Below are positions 15,001 through 29,100 of a DNA stretch of 64,000 nucleotides, piece by piece. Each line of letters opens with the position of its first letter. Position 1 is the stretch's first letter. The stretch is from Nemertoderma westbladi (taxonomy: Eukaryota > Animalia > Xenacoelomorpha). Under the pieces are notes generated by a model. The model worked only from the letters and a program-made list of their open reading frames with translations, had not been told where the DNA came from and did not search any database. The position numbers were made by a program, and so were the translations under genes. The DNA is taken from NCBI GenBank assembly GCA_032718475.1, contig JAUCBJ010006683.1:58410-122409 (forward strand), read 5' to 3'.

Positions 15001-18000
15001 CCATATAGGAGTACTGGTTCTAACTGCTGTTAACTTCTGATTGATGGACTCCATATAGGAGTACTGGTTCTAACTGATGTATGATGGACTCCATATAGGA
15101 GTACTGGTTCTAACTTCTGTATGATGGACTCCATATAGGAGTACTGGTTCTAACTTCTGATTGATGGACTCCATATAGGAGTACTGGTTCTAACTGCTGT
15201 ATGATGGACTCCATATAGGAGTTCTAACTGCTGTATGATGGACTCCATATAGGAGTACTGGTTCTAACTTTTGTATGATGGACTCCATATAGGAGTACTG
15301 ATTCTAACTGCTGTATGATGGACTCCATATAGGAGTACTGGTTCTAACTTCTGATTGATGGACTCCATATAGGAGTACTGGTTCTAACTGATGTATGATG
15401 GACTCCACATAAGAGTACTGGTTCTAACTGCTGTATGATGGACTCCATATAGGAGTACTGGTTCTAACTGCTGTATGATGGACTCCATATAGGAGTACTG
15501 GTTCTAACTTCTGATTGATGGGACTCCATAAAGGAGTACTAGTTCTAACTTCTGATTGATGGACTCTATATAGGAGTACTGGTTCTAACTGCTGTATGAT
15601 GGACTCCATATAGGAGTACTGGTTCTAACTTCTGATTGATGGACACCATATAGGAGTACTGGTTCTAACTGCTGTATGATGGACTCCATATAGGAGTTCT
15701 AACTGCTGTATGATGGACTCCATATAGGAGTACTGGTTCTAACTTTTGTATGATGGACTCCATATAGGAGTACTGATTCTAACTGCTGTATGATGGACTC
15801 CATATAGGAGTACTGGTTCTAACTTCTGATTGATGGACACCATATAGGAGTACTGGTTCTAACTGCTGTATGATGGACTCCATATAGGAGTTCTAACTGC
15901 TGTATGATGGACTCCATATAGGAGTACTGGTTCTAACTTTTGTATGATGGACTCCATATAGGAGTACTGATTCTAACTGCTGTATGATGGACTCCATATA
16001 GGAGTACTGGTTCTAACTTCTGTATGATGGGCTCCATATAGGAGTACTTGTTCTAACTTCTGATCGATGGACTCCATATAGGGGTACTGGTTCTAACAGC
16101 TGTATGATGGACTCCATATAGGAGTACTGATTCTAACTGCTGTATGATGGACTCCATATAGTAGTACTGGATCTAACTTCTGATTGATGGACTCCATAAA
16201 GGAGTACTAGTTCTAACTTCTGATTGATGGACTCTATATAGGAGTACTGGTTCTAACTGCTGTATGATGGACTCCATATAGGAGTACTGGTTCTAACTTC
16301 TGATTGATGGACACCATATAGGAGTACTGGTTCTAACTGCTGTATGATGGACTCCATATAGGAGTTCTAACTGCTGTATGATGGACTCCATATAGGAGTA
16401 CTGGTTCTAACTTTTGTATGATGGACTCCATATAGGAGTACTGATTCTAACTGCTGTATGATGGACTCCATATAGGAGTACTGGTTCTAACTTCTGATTG
16501 ATGGACACCATATAGGAGTACTGGTTCTAACTGCTGTATGATGGACTCCATATAGGAGTTCTAACTGCTGTATGATGGACTCCATATAGGAGTACTGGTT
16601 CTAACTTTTGTATGATGGACTCCATATAGGAGTACTGATTCTAACTGCTGTATGATGGACTCCATATAGGAGTACTGGTTCTAACTTCTGTATGATGGGC
16701 TCCATATAGGAGTACTTGTTCTAACTTCTGATCGATGGACTCCATATAGGGGTACTGGTTCTAACAGCTGTATGATGGACTCCATATAGGAGTACTGATT
16801 CTAACTGCTGTATGATGGACTCCATATAGTAGTACTGGATCTAACTTCTGATTGATGGACTCCATAAAGGAGTACTAGTTCTAACTTCTGATTGATGGAC
16901 TCCATATAGGAGTACTGGTTCTAACTGCTGTATGATGGACTCCATATAGGAGTACTGGTTCTAACTGATGTATGATGGACTCCATATAGGAGTACTGGTT
17001 CTAACAGATGTATGATGGACTCCATATAGGAGTACTGATTCTAACTTCTGATTGATGGACTCCATAAAGGAGTACTAGTTCTAACTTCTGATTGATGGAC
17101 TCCATATAGGAGTACTGGTTCTAACTGCTGTATGATGGACTCCATATAGGAGTACTGGTTCTAACTGATGTATGATGGACTCCATATAGGAGTACTGGTT
17201 CTAACAGATGTATGATGGACTCCATATAGGAGTACTGATTCTAACTTCTGATTGATGGACTCCATAAAGGAGTACTAGTTCTAACTTCTGATTGATGGAC
17301 TCCATATAGGAGTACTGGTTCTAACTGCTGTATGATGGACTCCATATAGGAGTACTGGTTCTAACTGATGTATGATGGACTCCATATAGGAGTACTGGTT
17401 CTAACTGATGTATGATGGACTCCACATAGGAGTACTGGTTCTAACTTCTGATTGATGGACTCCATAAAGGAGTACTAGTTCTAACTTCTGATTGATGGAC
17501 TCCATATAGGAGTACTGGTTCTAACTGCTGTATGATGGACTCCATATAGGAGTACTGGTTCTAACTGATGTATGATGGACTCCATATAGGAGTACTGGTT
17601 CTAACTGATGTATGATGGACTCCACATAGGAGTACTGGTTCTAACTTTTGTATGATGGACTCCATATAGGAGTACTGATTCTAACTGCTGTATGATGGAC
17701 TCCATATAGGAGTACTGGTTCTAACTTCTGATTGATGGACTCCATAAAGGAGTACTAGTTCTAACTTCTGATTGATGGACTCCATATAGGAGTACTGGTT
17801 CTAACTGCTGTATGATGGACTCCATATAGGAGTACTGGTTCTAACTTCTCATTGATGGACTCCATATAGGAGTACTGGTTCTAACTGATGTATGATGGAC
17901 TCCATATAGGAGTACTGGTTCTAACTTCTGTATGATGGACTCCATATAGGAGTACTGGTTTTAACTTCTGATTGATGGACTCCATATAGGAGTACTGGTT

Positions 18001-21000
18001 CTAACTGCTGTATGATGGACTCCATATAGGAGTTCTAACTGCTGTATGATGGACTCCATATAGGAGTACTGGTTCTAACTTTTGTATGATGGACTCCATA
18101 TAGGAGTACTGATTCTAACTGCTGTATGATGGACTCCACATAGGAGTACTGGTTCTAACTTCTGATTGATGGACTCCATATAGGAGTACTGGTTCTAACT
18201 GATGTATGATGGACTCCACATAGGAGTACTGGTTCTAACTGCTGTATGATGGACTCCATATAGGAGTACTGGTTCTAACTGCTGTATGATGGACTCCATA
18301 TAGGAGTACTGGTTCTAACTTCTGATTGATGGGACTCCATAAAGGAGTACTAGTTCTAACTTCTGATTGATGGACTCCATATAGGAGTACTGGTTCTAAC
18401 TTCTGATTGATGGAATCCATATACGAGTACTGGTTCTAACTGATGTATGATAGACTCCACATAGGAGTACTGGTTCTAACTTCTGTATGATGGACTCCAT
18501 ATAGGAGTATTGATTCTAACTGCTGTGGACTCCATATAGGAGTACTGATTCTAACTGCTGTATGATGGACTCCATATAGGAGTATTGATTCTAACTGCTG
18601 TGGACTCCATATAGGAGTACTGGTTCTAACTTCTGATCGATGGACTCCATATAGGAGTACTGGTTCTAACTGCTGTATGATGGACTCCATATAGGAGTAT
18701 TGATTATAACTGCTGTGGACTCCATATAGGAGTACTGGTTCTAACAGCTGTATGATGGACTCCATATAGGAGTACTGGTTCTAACAGCTGTATGATGGAC
18801 TCCATATAGGAGTACTGGTTCTAACAGCTGTATGATGGACTCCATATAGGAGTATTGATTATAACTGCTGTGGACTCCATATAGGAGTACTGGTTCTAAC
18901 TTCTGATCGATGGACTCCATATAGGAGTACTGGTTCTAACTGCTGTATGATGGACTCCATATAGGAGTACTGGTTCTAACTGCTGTATGATGGACTCCAT
19001 ATAGGAGTACTGGTTCTAACTTCTGATCGATGGACTCCATATAGGAGTACTGGTTCTAACTGCTGTATGATGGACTCCATATAGGAGTACTGGTTCTAAC
19101 TGCCGTATGAAGGACTCCATATAGGAGTACTGGTTCTAACTGCTGTATGATGGACTCCATATAGGAGTACTGATTCTAACTGCTGTATGATGGACTCCAT
19201 ATAGGAGTACTGGTTCTAACTGCCGTATGATGGACTCCATATAGGAGTACTGGTTCTAACTGCTGTATGATGGACTCCATATAGGAGTACTGATTCTAAC
19301 TGCTGTATGATGGACTCCATATAGGAGTACTGGTTCTAACTTCTGATCGATGGACTCCATATAGGAGTACTGGTTCTAACTGCTGTATGATGGACTCCAT
19401 ATAGGAGTACTGGTCCTATATAGGTGTACTGATTCTAACTGCTGTATGATGGTCTCCATATAGAAGTACTGGTTCTGACTGCTGTATGATGGACTCCATA
19501 TAGGAGTACTGGTTCTATCTGCTGTATGATGGACTCCATATAGGAAGGAGTACTGGTTCTAACTGCTGTATGATGGACTCCATATAGGAGTACTGGTTCT
19601 AACTTCTGATTGATGGACTCCATATAGGAGTACTGGTTCTAACTGCTGTTAACTTCTGATTGATGGACTCCATATAGGAGTACTGGTTCTAACTGATGTA
19701 TGATGGACTCCATATAGGAGTACTGGTTCTAACTTCTGTATGATGGACTCCATATAGGAGTACTGGTTCTAACTTCTGATTGATGGACTCCATATAGGAG
19801 TACTGGTTCTAACTGCTGTATGATGGACTCCATATAGGAGTTCTAACTGCTGTATGATGGACTCCATATAGGAGTACTGGTTCTAACTTTTGTATGATGG
19901 ACTCCATATAGGAGTACTGATTCTAACTGCTGTATGATGGACTCCATATAGGAGTACTGGTTCTAACTTCTGTATGATGGACTCCATATAGGAGTATTGA
20001 TTCTAACTGCTGTGGACTCCATATAGGAGTACTGGTTCTAACTTCTGTATGATGGACTCCATATAGGAGTATTGATTCTAACTGCTGTGGACTCCATATA
20101 GGAGTACTGATTCTAACTGCTGTATGATGGACTCCATATAGGAGTATTGATTCTAACTGCTGTGGACTCCATATAGGAGTACTGGTTCTAACTTCTGATC
20201 GATGGACTCCATATAGGAGTACTGGTTCTAACTGCTGTATGATGGACTCCATATAGGAGTACTGGTTCTAACTGCTGTATGATGGACTCCATATAGGAGT
20301 ACTGGTTCTAACTGCTGCATGATGGACTCCATATAGGAGTACTGGTTCTAACTGCTGTATGATGGACTCCATATAGGAGTACTGATTCTAACTGCTGTAT
20401 GATGGACTCCATATATGAGTTCAAACTGCTGTATGATGGACTCCATATAGGAGTACTGGTTCTAACTTTTGTATGATGGACTCCATATAGGAGTACTGAT
20501 TCTAACTGCTGTATGATGGACTCCATATAGGAGTACTGATTCTAACTTCTGTATGATGGACTCCATATAGGAGTACTGGTTCTAACTTCTGATTGATGGA
20601 CTCCATATAGGAGTACTGGTTCTAACTGCTGTTAACTTCTGATTGATGGACTCCATATAGGAGTACTGGTTCTAACTGATGTATGATGGACTCCATATAG
20701 GAGTACTGGTTCTAACTGCTGTATGATGGACTCCATATAGGAGTACTGGTTCTAACAGCTGTATGATGGACTCCATATAGGAGTATTGATTCTAACTGCT
20801 GTGGACTCCATATAGGAGTACTGGTTCTAACTTCTAATCGATGGACTCCATATAGGAGTACTGATTCTAACTGCTGTATGATGGACTCCATATAGGAGTA
20901 CTGGTTCTAACTGCTGTATGATGGACTCCATATAGGAGTACTGGTTCTAACTTCTGATCGATAGACTCCATATAGGAGTACTGGTTCTAACAGCTGTATG

Positions 21001-24000
21001 ATGGACTCCATATAGGAGTACTGGTTCTAACTGCCAGATGATGGACTCCATATAGGAGTACTGGTTCTAACTGCTGTATGATGGACTCCATATAGGAGTA
21101 CTGATTATAACTGCTGTATGTTGGACTCCATATAGGAGTACTGGTTCTAACTGCTGTATGATGGACTCCATATAGGAGTACTGGTTCTAACTGCTGATTG
21201 ATGAACTCCATATAGGAGTACTGATTCTAACTGCTGTATGATGGACTCCATATAAGAGTACTGGTTCTAACTGCTGTATGATGGACTCCATATAGGAGTA
21301 CTGGTTCTAACTGCTGTATGATGGACTCCATATAGGAGTACTAGTTCTAACTGCTGTATGATGGACTCCATATAGGAGTACTGATTCTAACTGCTGTATG
21401 ATGGATCCATATAGGAGTACTGGTTCTAACTTCTGATTGATGGACTCCATATAGGAGTACTGGTTCTAACTGCTGTATGATGGACTCCATATAGGAGTTC
21501 TAACTGCTGTATGATGGACTCCATATAGGAGTACTGGTTCTAACTTTTGTATGATGGACTCCATATAGGAGTACTGATTCTAACTGCTGTATGATAGACT
21601 CCATATAGGATTACTGGTTCTAACTTCTGATTGATGGACTCCATATAGGAGTACTGGTTCTAACTGATGTATGATGGACTCCATATAGGAGTACTGGTTC
21701 TAACTTCTGTATGATGGACTCCATATAGGAGTACTGGTTCTAACTTCTGATTGATGGACTCCATATAGGAGTACTGGTTCTAACTGCTGTTAACTTCTGA
21801 TTGATGGACTCCATATAGGAGTACTGGTTCTAACTGATGTATGATGGACTCCATATAGGAGTACTGGTTCTAACTTCTGTATGATGGACTCCATATAGGA
21901 GTACTGGTTCTAACTTCTGATTGATGGACTCCATATAGGAGTACTGGTTCTAACTGCTGTATGATGGACTCCATATAGGAGTTCTAACTGCTGTATGATG
22001 GACTCCATATAGGAGTACTGGTTCTAACTTTTGTATGATGGACTCCATATAGGAGTACTGATTCTAACTGCTGTATGATGGACTCCATATAGGAGTACTG
22101 GTTCTAACTTCTGTATGATGGACTCCATATAGGAGTATTGATTCTAACTGCTGTGGACTCCATATAGGAGTACTGGTTCTAACTTCTGTATGATGGACTC
22201 CATATAGGAGTATTGATTCTAACTGCTGTGGACTCCATATAGGAGTACTGATTCTAACTGCTGTATGATGGACTCCATATAGGAGTATTGATTCTAACTG
22301 CTGTGGACTCCATATAGGAGTACTGGTTCTAACTTCTGATCGATGGACTGCATATAGGAGTACTGGTTCTAACTGCTGTATGATGGACTCCATATAGGAG
22401 TACTGGTTCTAACTGCTGTATGATGGACTCCATATAGGAGTACTGGTTCTAACTGCTGCATGATGGACTCCATATAGGAGTACTGGTTCTAACTGCTGTA
22501 TGATGGACTCCATATAGGAGTACTGATTCTAACTGCTGTATGATGGACTCCATATATGAGTTCTAACTGCTGTATGATGGACTCCATATAGGAGTACTGG
22601 TTCTAACTTTTGTATGATGGACTCCATATAGGAGTACTGATTCTAACTGCTGTATGATGGACTCCATATAGGAGTACTGATTCTAACTTCTGTATGATGG
22701 ACTCCATATAGGAGTACTGGTTCTAACTTCTGATTGATGGACTCCATATAGGAGTACTGGTTCTAACTGCTGTTAACTTCTGATTGATGGACTCCATATA
22801 GGAGTACTGGTTCTAACTGATGTATGATGGACTCCATATAGGAGTACTGGTTCTAACTTCTGTATGATGGACTCCATATAGGAGTACTGGTTCTAACTTC
22901 TGATTGATGGACTCCATATAGGAGTACTGGTTCTAACTGCTGTATGATGGACTCCATATAGGAGTTCTAACTGCTGTATGATGGACTCCATATAGGAGTA
23001 CTGGTTCTAACTTTTGTATGATGGACTCCATATAGGAGTACTGATTCTAACTGCTGTATGATGGACTCCATATAGGAGTACTGGTTCTAACTTCTGATTG
23101 ATGGACTCCATATAGGAGTACTGGTTCTAACTGATGTATGATGGACTCCACATAAGAGTACTGGTTCTAACTGCTGTATGATGGACTCCATATAGGAGTA
23201 CTGGTTCTAACTGCTGTATGATGGACTCCATATAGGAGTACTGGTTCTAACTTCTGATTGATGGGACTCCATAAAGGAGTACTAGTTCTAACTTCTGATT
23301 GATGGACTCTATATAGGAGTACTGGTTCTAACTGCTGTATGATGGACTCCATATAGGAGTACTGGTTCTAACTTCTGATTGATGGACACCATATAGGAGT
23401 ACTGGTTCTAACTGCTGTATGATGGACTCCATATAGGAGTTCTAACTGCTGTATGATGGACTCCATATAGGAGTACTGGTTCTAACTTTTGTATGATGGA
23501 CTCCATATAGGAGTACTGATTCTAACTGCTGTATGATGGACTCCATATAGGAGTACTGGTTCTAACTTCTGATTGATGGACACCATATAGGAGTACTGGT
23601 TCTAACTGCTGTATGATGGACTCCATATAGGAGTTCTAACTGCTGTATGATGGACTCCATATAGGAGTACTGGTTCTAACTTTTGTATGATGGACTCCAT
23701 ATAGGAGTACTGATTCTAACTGCTGTATGATGGACTCCATATAGGAGTACTGGTTCTAACTTCTGTATGATGGGCTCCATATAGGAGTACTTGTTCTAAC
23801 TTCTGATTGATGGACTCCATATAGGAGTACTGGTTCTAACTTCTGATTGATGGACTCCATATAGGAGTACCGGTTCTAACTTCTGATTGATGGACTCCAT
23901 ATAGGAGTACTGATTCTAACTGCTGTATGATGGACTCCATATAGTAGTACTGGATCTAACTTCTGATTGATGGACTCCATAAAGGAGTACTAGTTCTAAC

Positions 24001-24702
24001 TTCTGATTGATGGACTCCATATAGGAGTACTGGTTCTAACTGCTGTATGATGGACTCCATATAGGAGTACTGGTTCTAACTGATGTATGATGGACTCCAT
24101 ATAGGAGTACTGGTTCTAACAGATGTATGATGGACTCCATATAGGAGTACTGATTCTAACTTCTGATTGATGGACTCCATAAAGGAGTACTAGTTCTAAC
24201 TTCTGATTGATGGACTCCATATAGGAGTACTGGTTCTAACTGCTGTATGATGGACTCCATATAGGAGTACTGGTTCTAACTGATGTATGATGGACTCCAT
24301 ATAGGAGTACTGGTTCTAACTGATGTATGATGGACTCCACATAGGAGTACTGGTTCTAACTTCTGATTGATGGACTCCATAAAGGAGTACTAGTTCTAAC
24401 TTCTGATTGATGGACTCCATATAGGAGTACTGGTTCTAACTGCTGTATGATGGACTCCATATAGGAGTACTGGTTCTAACTGATGTATGATGGACTCCAT
24501 ATAGGAGTACTGGTTCTAACTGATGTATGATGGACTCCACATAGGAGTACTGGTTCTAACTTTTGTATGATGGACTCCATATAGGAGTACTGATTCTAAC
24601 TGCTGTATGATGGACTCCATATAGGAGTACTGGTTCTAACTTCTGATTGATGGACTCCATAAAGGAGTACTAGTTCTAACTTCTGATTGATGGACTCCAT
24701 AT
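1..24702. repeat. 40-bp tandem satellite array, segment 1 (runs off the left window edge)
   Basis: Continuous head-to-tail copies of CTAACTGCTGTATGATGGACTCCATATAGGAGTACTGGTT. Recurrent variants include TTCTGATT/TTCTGATC for TGCTGTAT, 34-bp GGAGTTCT, 35-bp GCTGTGGAC and 44-bp GGAAGGAG. No unique spacers. Confidence 0.98.
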
Positions 24703-24995
24703 TAGGGCGGTGCGTTTTTTACTTTTTTTCGATTTCATTGTTCTACCGGTGCACAAAAGTTGCCAAATGGTAAAAAAATAAGGCAAAAAAAATTTCTTTC
24801 AATTTCGTCTATATCTTCACGGATCCCAAGAGGGTTGAAATTTTGTGCCATCGCGATGCACCATAATGAAATTTATAACAATATAACACATTGATGAAAG
24901 ATCAATGACTCAAAAAAGAACTTCCTGCATGCATCAAATGTCTTCAAATGGGTCCAAACTTAGTTAGATACCAAAATTTTAATTTTTGGATCAAG
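24703..24995 (+). repeat. Left near-perfect terminal inverted repeat (~290 bp)
   Basis: By eye it differs from the reverse complement of ~25818-26111 at only three places (TTCAAT/TTAAAT, GCCATCG/GCCAGTCG, TCTTC/TCATC). Confidence 0.9.
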
Positions 24996-25817
24996 GGAAG
25001 TAGTGCCACAGGCACATGACCAGAACTTACTCTTTGGCGCAAGTGATGATTATTCTTAATTTCGGTGATGGACAACTTTTAGTTCTCCTACGGCAATAAT
25101 ATTATGCTCATTAGAACCACAATGACCGATTTAGTGGGGGTAGACACCATCAAAACAAGCATAGAGCGAATAGATCTTGAGATATTGCAGAAAATGTAAA
25201 GTACGGCACAAGTCAACATTACCGCCTTGATGATTTATAGACAAATACACAAAAATGTTACTTCTAATTATCCTAAGGCATGAAAAATATACACATCACT
25301 GCAACAAATTGATTTAGTGTATACAGACAACTTCAAAATTAAAGAGTAGTGATTAATTCACTATAGTTTTTGTACAAAATGTGTGGAATGGGTCAACTCA
25401 ATATCAAGTATTAATTGGTGGACATAGTCTTGACATTTTGTAAAATAACTCAAGAACTAATGACTCTATTCTTATTTTGAAGGTGTCTTCACCCACTATA
25501 TCGATCATTTCTGTGATGTGTCTATTCGTGATTCCTTGAGATAATTCAAAATATCATTTTTAGTGTATTTGTCCATATCACATCAAGGCGGTAATGTAGA
25601 CTTGTGCCGGACTTCACATTTTCTGCGATATCTCAAGAACTATTCGCTCTACGTTTGTTTTGAAGGTGTCTACCCCCACTAAATCGGCCATTGCGGTTCT
25701 AATGAGCATAATATGAATGCAGTAGGAGAACTCAAAGTTGGCCATCGCGAAAATTGAGAATAATCATCACTTGCGCCAAATGGTAGGTTCTGGCCATGTG
25801 CCTGTGGCACTAGTTAC

Positions 25818-26111
25818 CTTGATCCAAAAATTAAAATTTTGGTATCTAACTAAGTTTGGACCCATTTGATGACATTTGATGCATGCAGGAAGTTCTTTTT
25901 TGAGTCATTGATCTTTCATCAATGTGTTATATTGTTATAAATTTCATTATGGTGCATCGCGACTGGCACAAAATTTCAACCCTCTTGGGATCCGTGAAGA
26001 TATAGACGAAATTTAAAGAAATTTTTTTTGCCTTATTTTTTTACCATTTGGCAACTTTTGTGCACCGGTAGAACAATGAAATCGAAAAAAAGTAAAAAAC
26101 GCACCGCCCTA
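25818..26111 (-). repeat. Right near-perfect terminal inverted repeat (~290 bp)
   Basis: Reverse complement of 24703-24995. Weaker inverted similarity continues inward. Confidence 0.9.
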
Positions 26112-29100
26112 CTCCATATAGGAGTACTGGTTCTAACTGCTGTATGATGGACTCCATATAGGAGTACTGGTTCTAACTTCTGATTGATGGACTCCATATA
26201 GGAGTACTGGTTCTAACTGCTGTATGATGGACTCCATATAGGAGTACTGGTTCTAACTGATGTATGATGGACTCCATATAGGAGTACTGGTTCTAACTGA
26301 TGTATGATGGACTCCACATAGGAGTACTGGTTCTAACTTTTGTATGATGGACTCCATATAGGAGTACTGATTCTAACTGCTGTATGATGGACTCCATATA
26401 GGAGTACTGGTTCTAACTTCTGATTGATGGACTCCATAAAGGAGTACTAGTTCTAACTTCTGATTGATGGACTCCATATAGGAGTACTGATTCTAACTGC
26501 TGTATGATGGACTCCATATAGGAGTACTGGTTCTAACTTCTGATTGATGGACTCCATAAAGGAGTACTAGTTCTAACTTCTGATTGATGGACTCCATATA
26601 GGAGTACTGGTTCTAACTGCTGTATGATGGACTCCATATAGGAGTACTGGTTCTAACTTCTCATTGATGGACTCCATATAGGAGTACTGGTTCTAACTGA
26701 TGTATGATGGACTCCATATAGGAGTACTGGTTCTAACTTCTGTATGATGGACTCCATATAGGAGTACTGGTTTTAACTTCTGATTGATGGACTCCATATA
26801 GGAGTACTGGTTCTAACTGATGTATGATGGACTCCATATAGGAGTTCTAACTGCTGTATGATGGACTCCATATAGGAGTACTGGTTCTAACTTTTGTATG
26901 ATGGACTCCATATAGGAGTACTGATTCTAACTGCTGTATGATGGACTCCACATAGGAGTACTGGTTCTAACTTCTGATTGATGGACTCCATATAGGAGTA
27001 CTGGTTCTAACTGATGTATGATGGACTCCACATAGGAGTACTGGTTCTAACTGCTGTATGATGGACTCCATATAGGAGTACTGGTTCTAACTGCTGTATG
27101 ATGGACTCCATATAGGAGTACTGGTTCTAACTTCTGATTGATGGGACTCCATAAAGGAGTACTAGTTCTAACTTCTGATTGATGGACTCCATATAGGAGT
27201 ACTGGTTCTAACTTCTGATTGATGGAATCCATATACGAGTACTGGTTCTAACTGATGTATGATAGACTCCACATAGGAGTACTGGTTCTAACTTCTGTAT
27301 GATGGACTCCATATAGGAGTATTGATTCTAACTGCTGTGGACTCCATATAGGAGTACTGATTCTAACTGCTGTATGATGGACTCCATATAGGAGTATTGA
27401 TTCTAACTGCTGTGGACTCCATATAGGAGTACTGGTTCTAACTTCTGATCGATGGACTCCATATAGGAGTACTGGTTCTAACTGCTGTATGATGGACTCC
27501 ATATAGGAGTATTGATTATAACTGCTGTGGACTCCATATAGGAGTACTGGTTCTAACAGCTGTATGATGGACTCCATATAGGAGTACTGGTTCTAACAGC
27601 TGTATGATGGACTCCATATAGGAGTACTGGTTCTAACAGCTGTATGATGGACTCCATATAGGAGTATTGATTATAACTGCTGTGGACTCCATATAGGAGT
27701 ACTGGTTCTAACTTCTGATCGATGGACTCCATATAGGAGTACTGGTTCTAACTGCTGTATGATGGACTCCATATAGGAGTACTGGTTCTAACTGCTGTAT
27801 GATGGACTCCATATAGGAGTACTGGTTCTAACTTCTGATCGATGGACTCCATATAGGAGTACTGGTTCTAACTGCTGTATGATGGACTCCATATAGGAGT
27901 ACTGGTTCTAACTGCCGTATGAAGGACTCCATATAGGAGTACTGGTTCTAACTGCTGTATGATGGACTCCATATAGGAGTACTGATTCTAACTGCTGTAT
28001 GATGGACTCCATATAGGAGTACTGGTTCTAACTGCCGTATGATGGACTCCATATAGGAGTACTGGTTCTAACTGCTGTATGATGGACTCCATATAGGAGT
28101 ACTGATTCTAACTGCTGTATGATGGACTCCATATAGGAGTACTGGTTCTAACTTCTGATCGATGGACTCCATATAGGAGTACTGGTTCTAACTGCTGTAT
28201 GATGGACTCCATATAGGAGTACTGGTCCTATATAGGTGTACTGATTCTAACTGCTGTATGATGGTCTCCATATAGAAGTACTGGTTCTGACTGCTGTATG
28301 ATGGACTCCATATAGGAGTACTGGTTCTATCTGCTGTATGATGGACTCCATATAGGAAGGAGTACTGGTTCTAACTGCTGTATGATGGACTCCATATAGG
28401 AGTACTGGTTCTAACTTCTGATTGATGGACTCCATATAGGAGTACTGGTTCTAACTGCTGTATGATGGACTCCATATAGGAGTACTGGTTCTAACTGCTG
28501 TATGATGGACTCCATATAGGAGTACTGGTTCTAACTGCTGTATGATGGAATCCATATAGGAGTACTGGTTCTAACTTCTGATCGATGGACTCCATATAGG
28601 AGTACTGGTTCTAACTGCTGTATGATGGACTCCATATAGGAGTACTGGTTCTAACTGCTGTATGATGGACTCCATATAGGAGTACTGGTTCTAACTGCCG
28701 TATGATGGACTCCATATAGGAGTACTGGTTCTAACTGCTGTATGATGGACTCCATATAGGAGTACTGGTTCTAACTGCTGTATGATGGACTCCATATAGG
28801 AGTACTGGTTCTAACTTCTGATCGATGGACTCCATATAGGAGTACTGGTTCTAACTGCTGTATGATGGACTCCATATAGGAGTACTGGTTCTAACTGCTG
28901 TTTGATGGACTCCATATAGGAGTACTGGTTCTAACTTCTGATCGATGGACTCCATATAGGAGTACTGGTTCTAACTGCTGTATGATGGACTCCATATAGG
29001 AGTACTGGTTCTAACTGCTGTATGATGGACTCCATATAGGAGTACTGGTTCAAACTTCTGATCGATGGACTCCATATAGGAGTACTGGTTCTAACTGCTG

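Larger units (their letters stand above)
24703..26111. mobile_element. Non-autonomous fold-back/MITE-like DNA transposon (1409 bp), hAT-like termini
   Basis: Begins TAGGGCGGTGCG and ends CGCACCGCCCTA, an exact inverted match. Flanked by an 8-bp direct repeat CTCCATAT (24695-24702 and 26112-26119) that restores the monomer when the element is removed. The two halves are inverted copies almost to the centre (~25407). No ORF of 60 aa or more. TAGGG ends plus an 8-bp TSD fit hAT. A 9-bp TSD reading (ACTCCATAT, Mutator/Foldback-like) would leave asymmetric ends. Confidence 0.93.
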
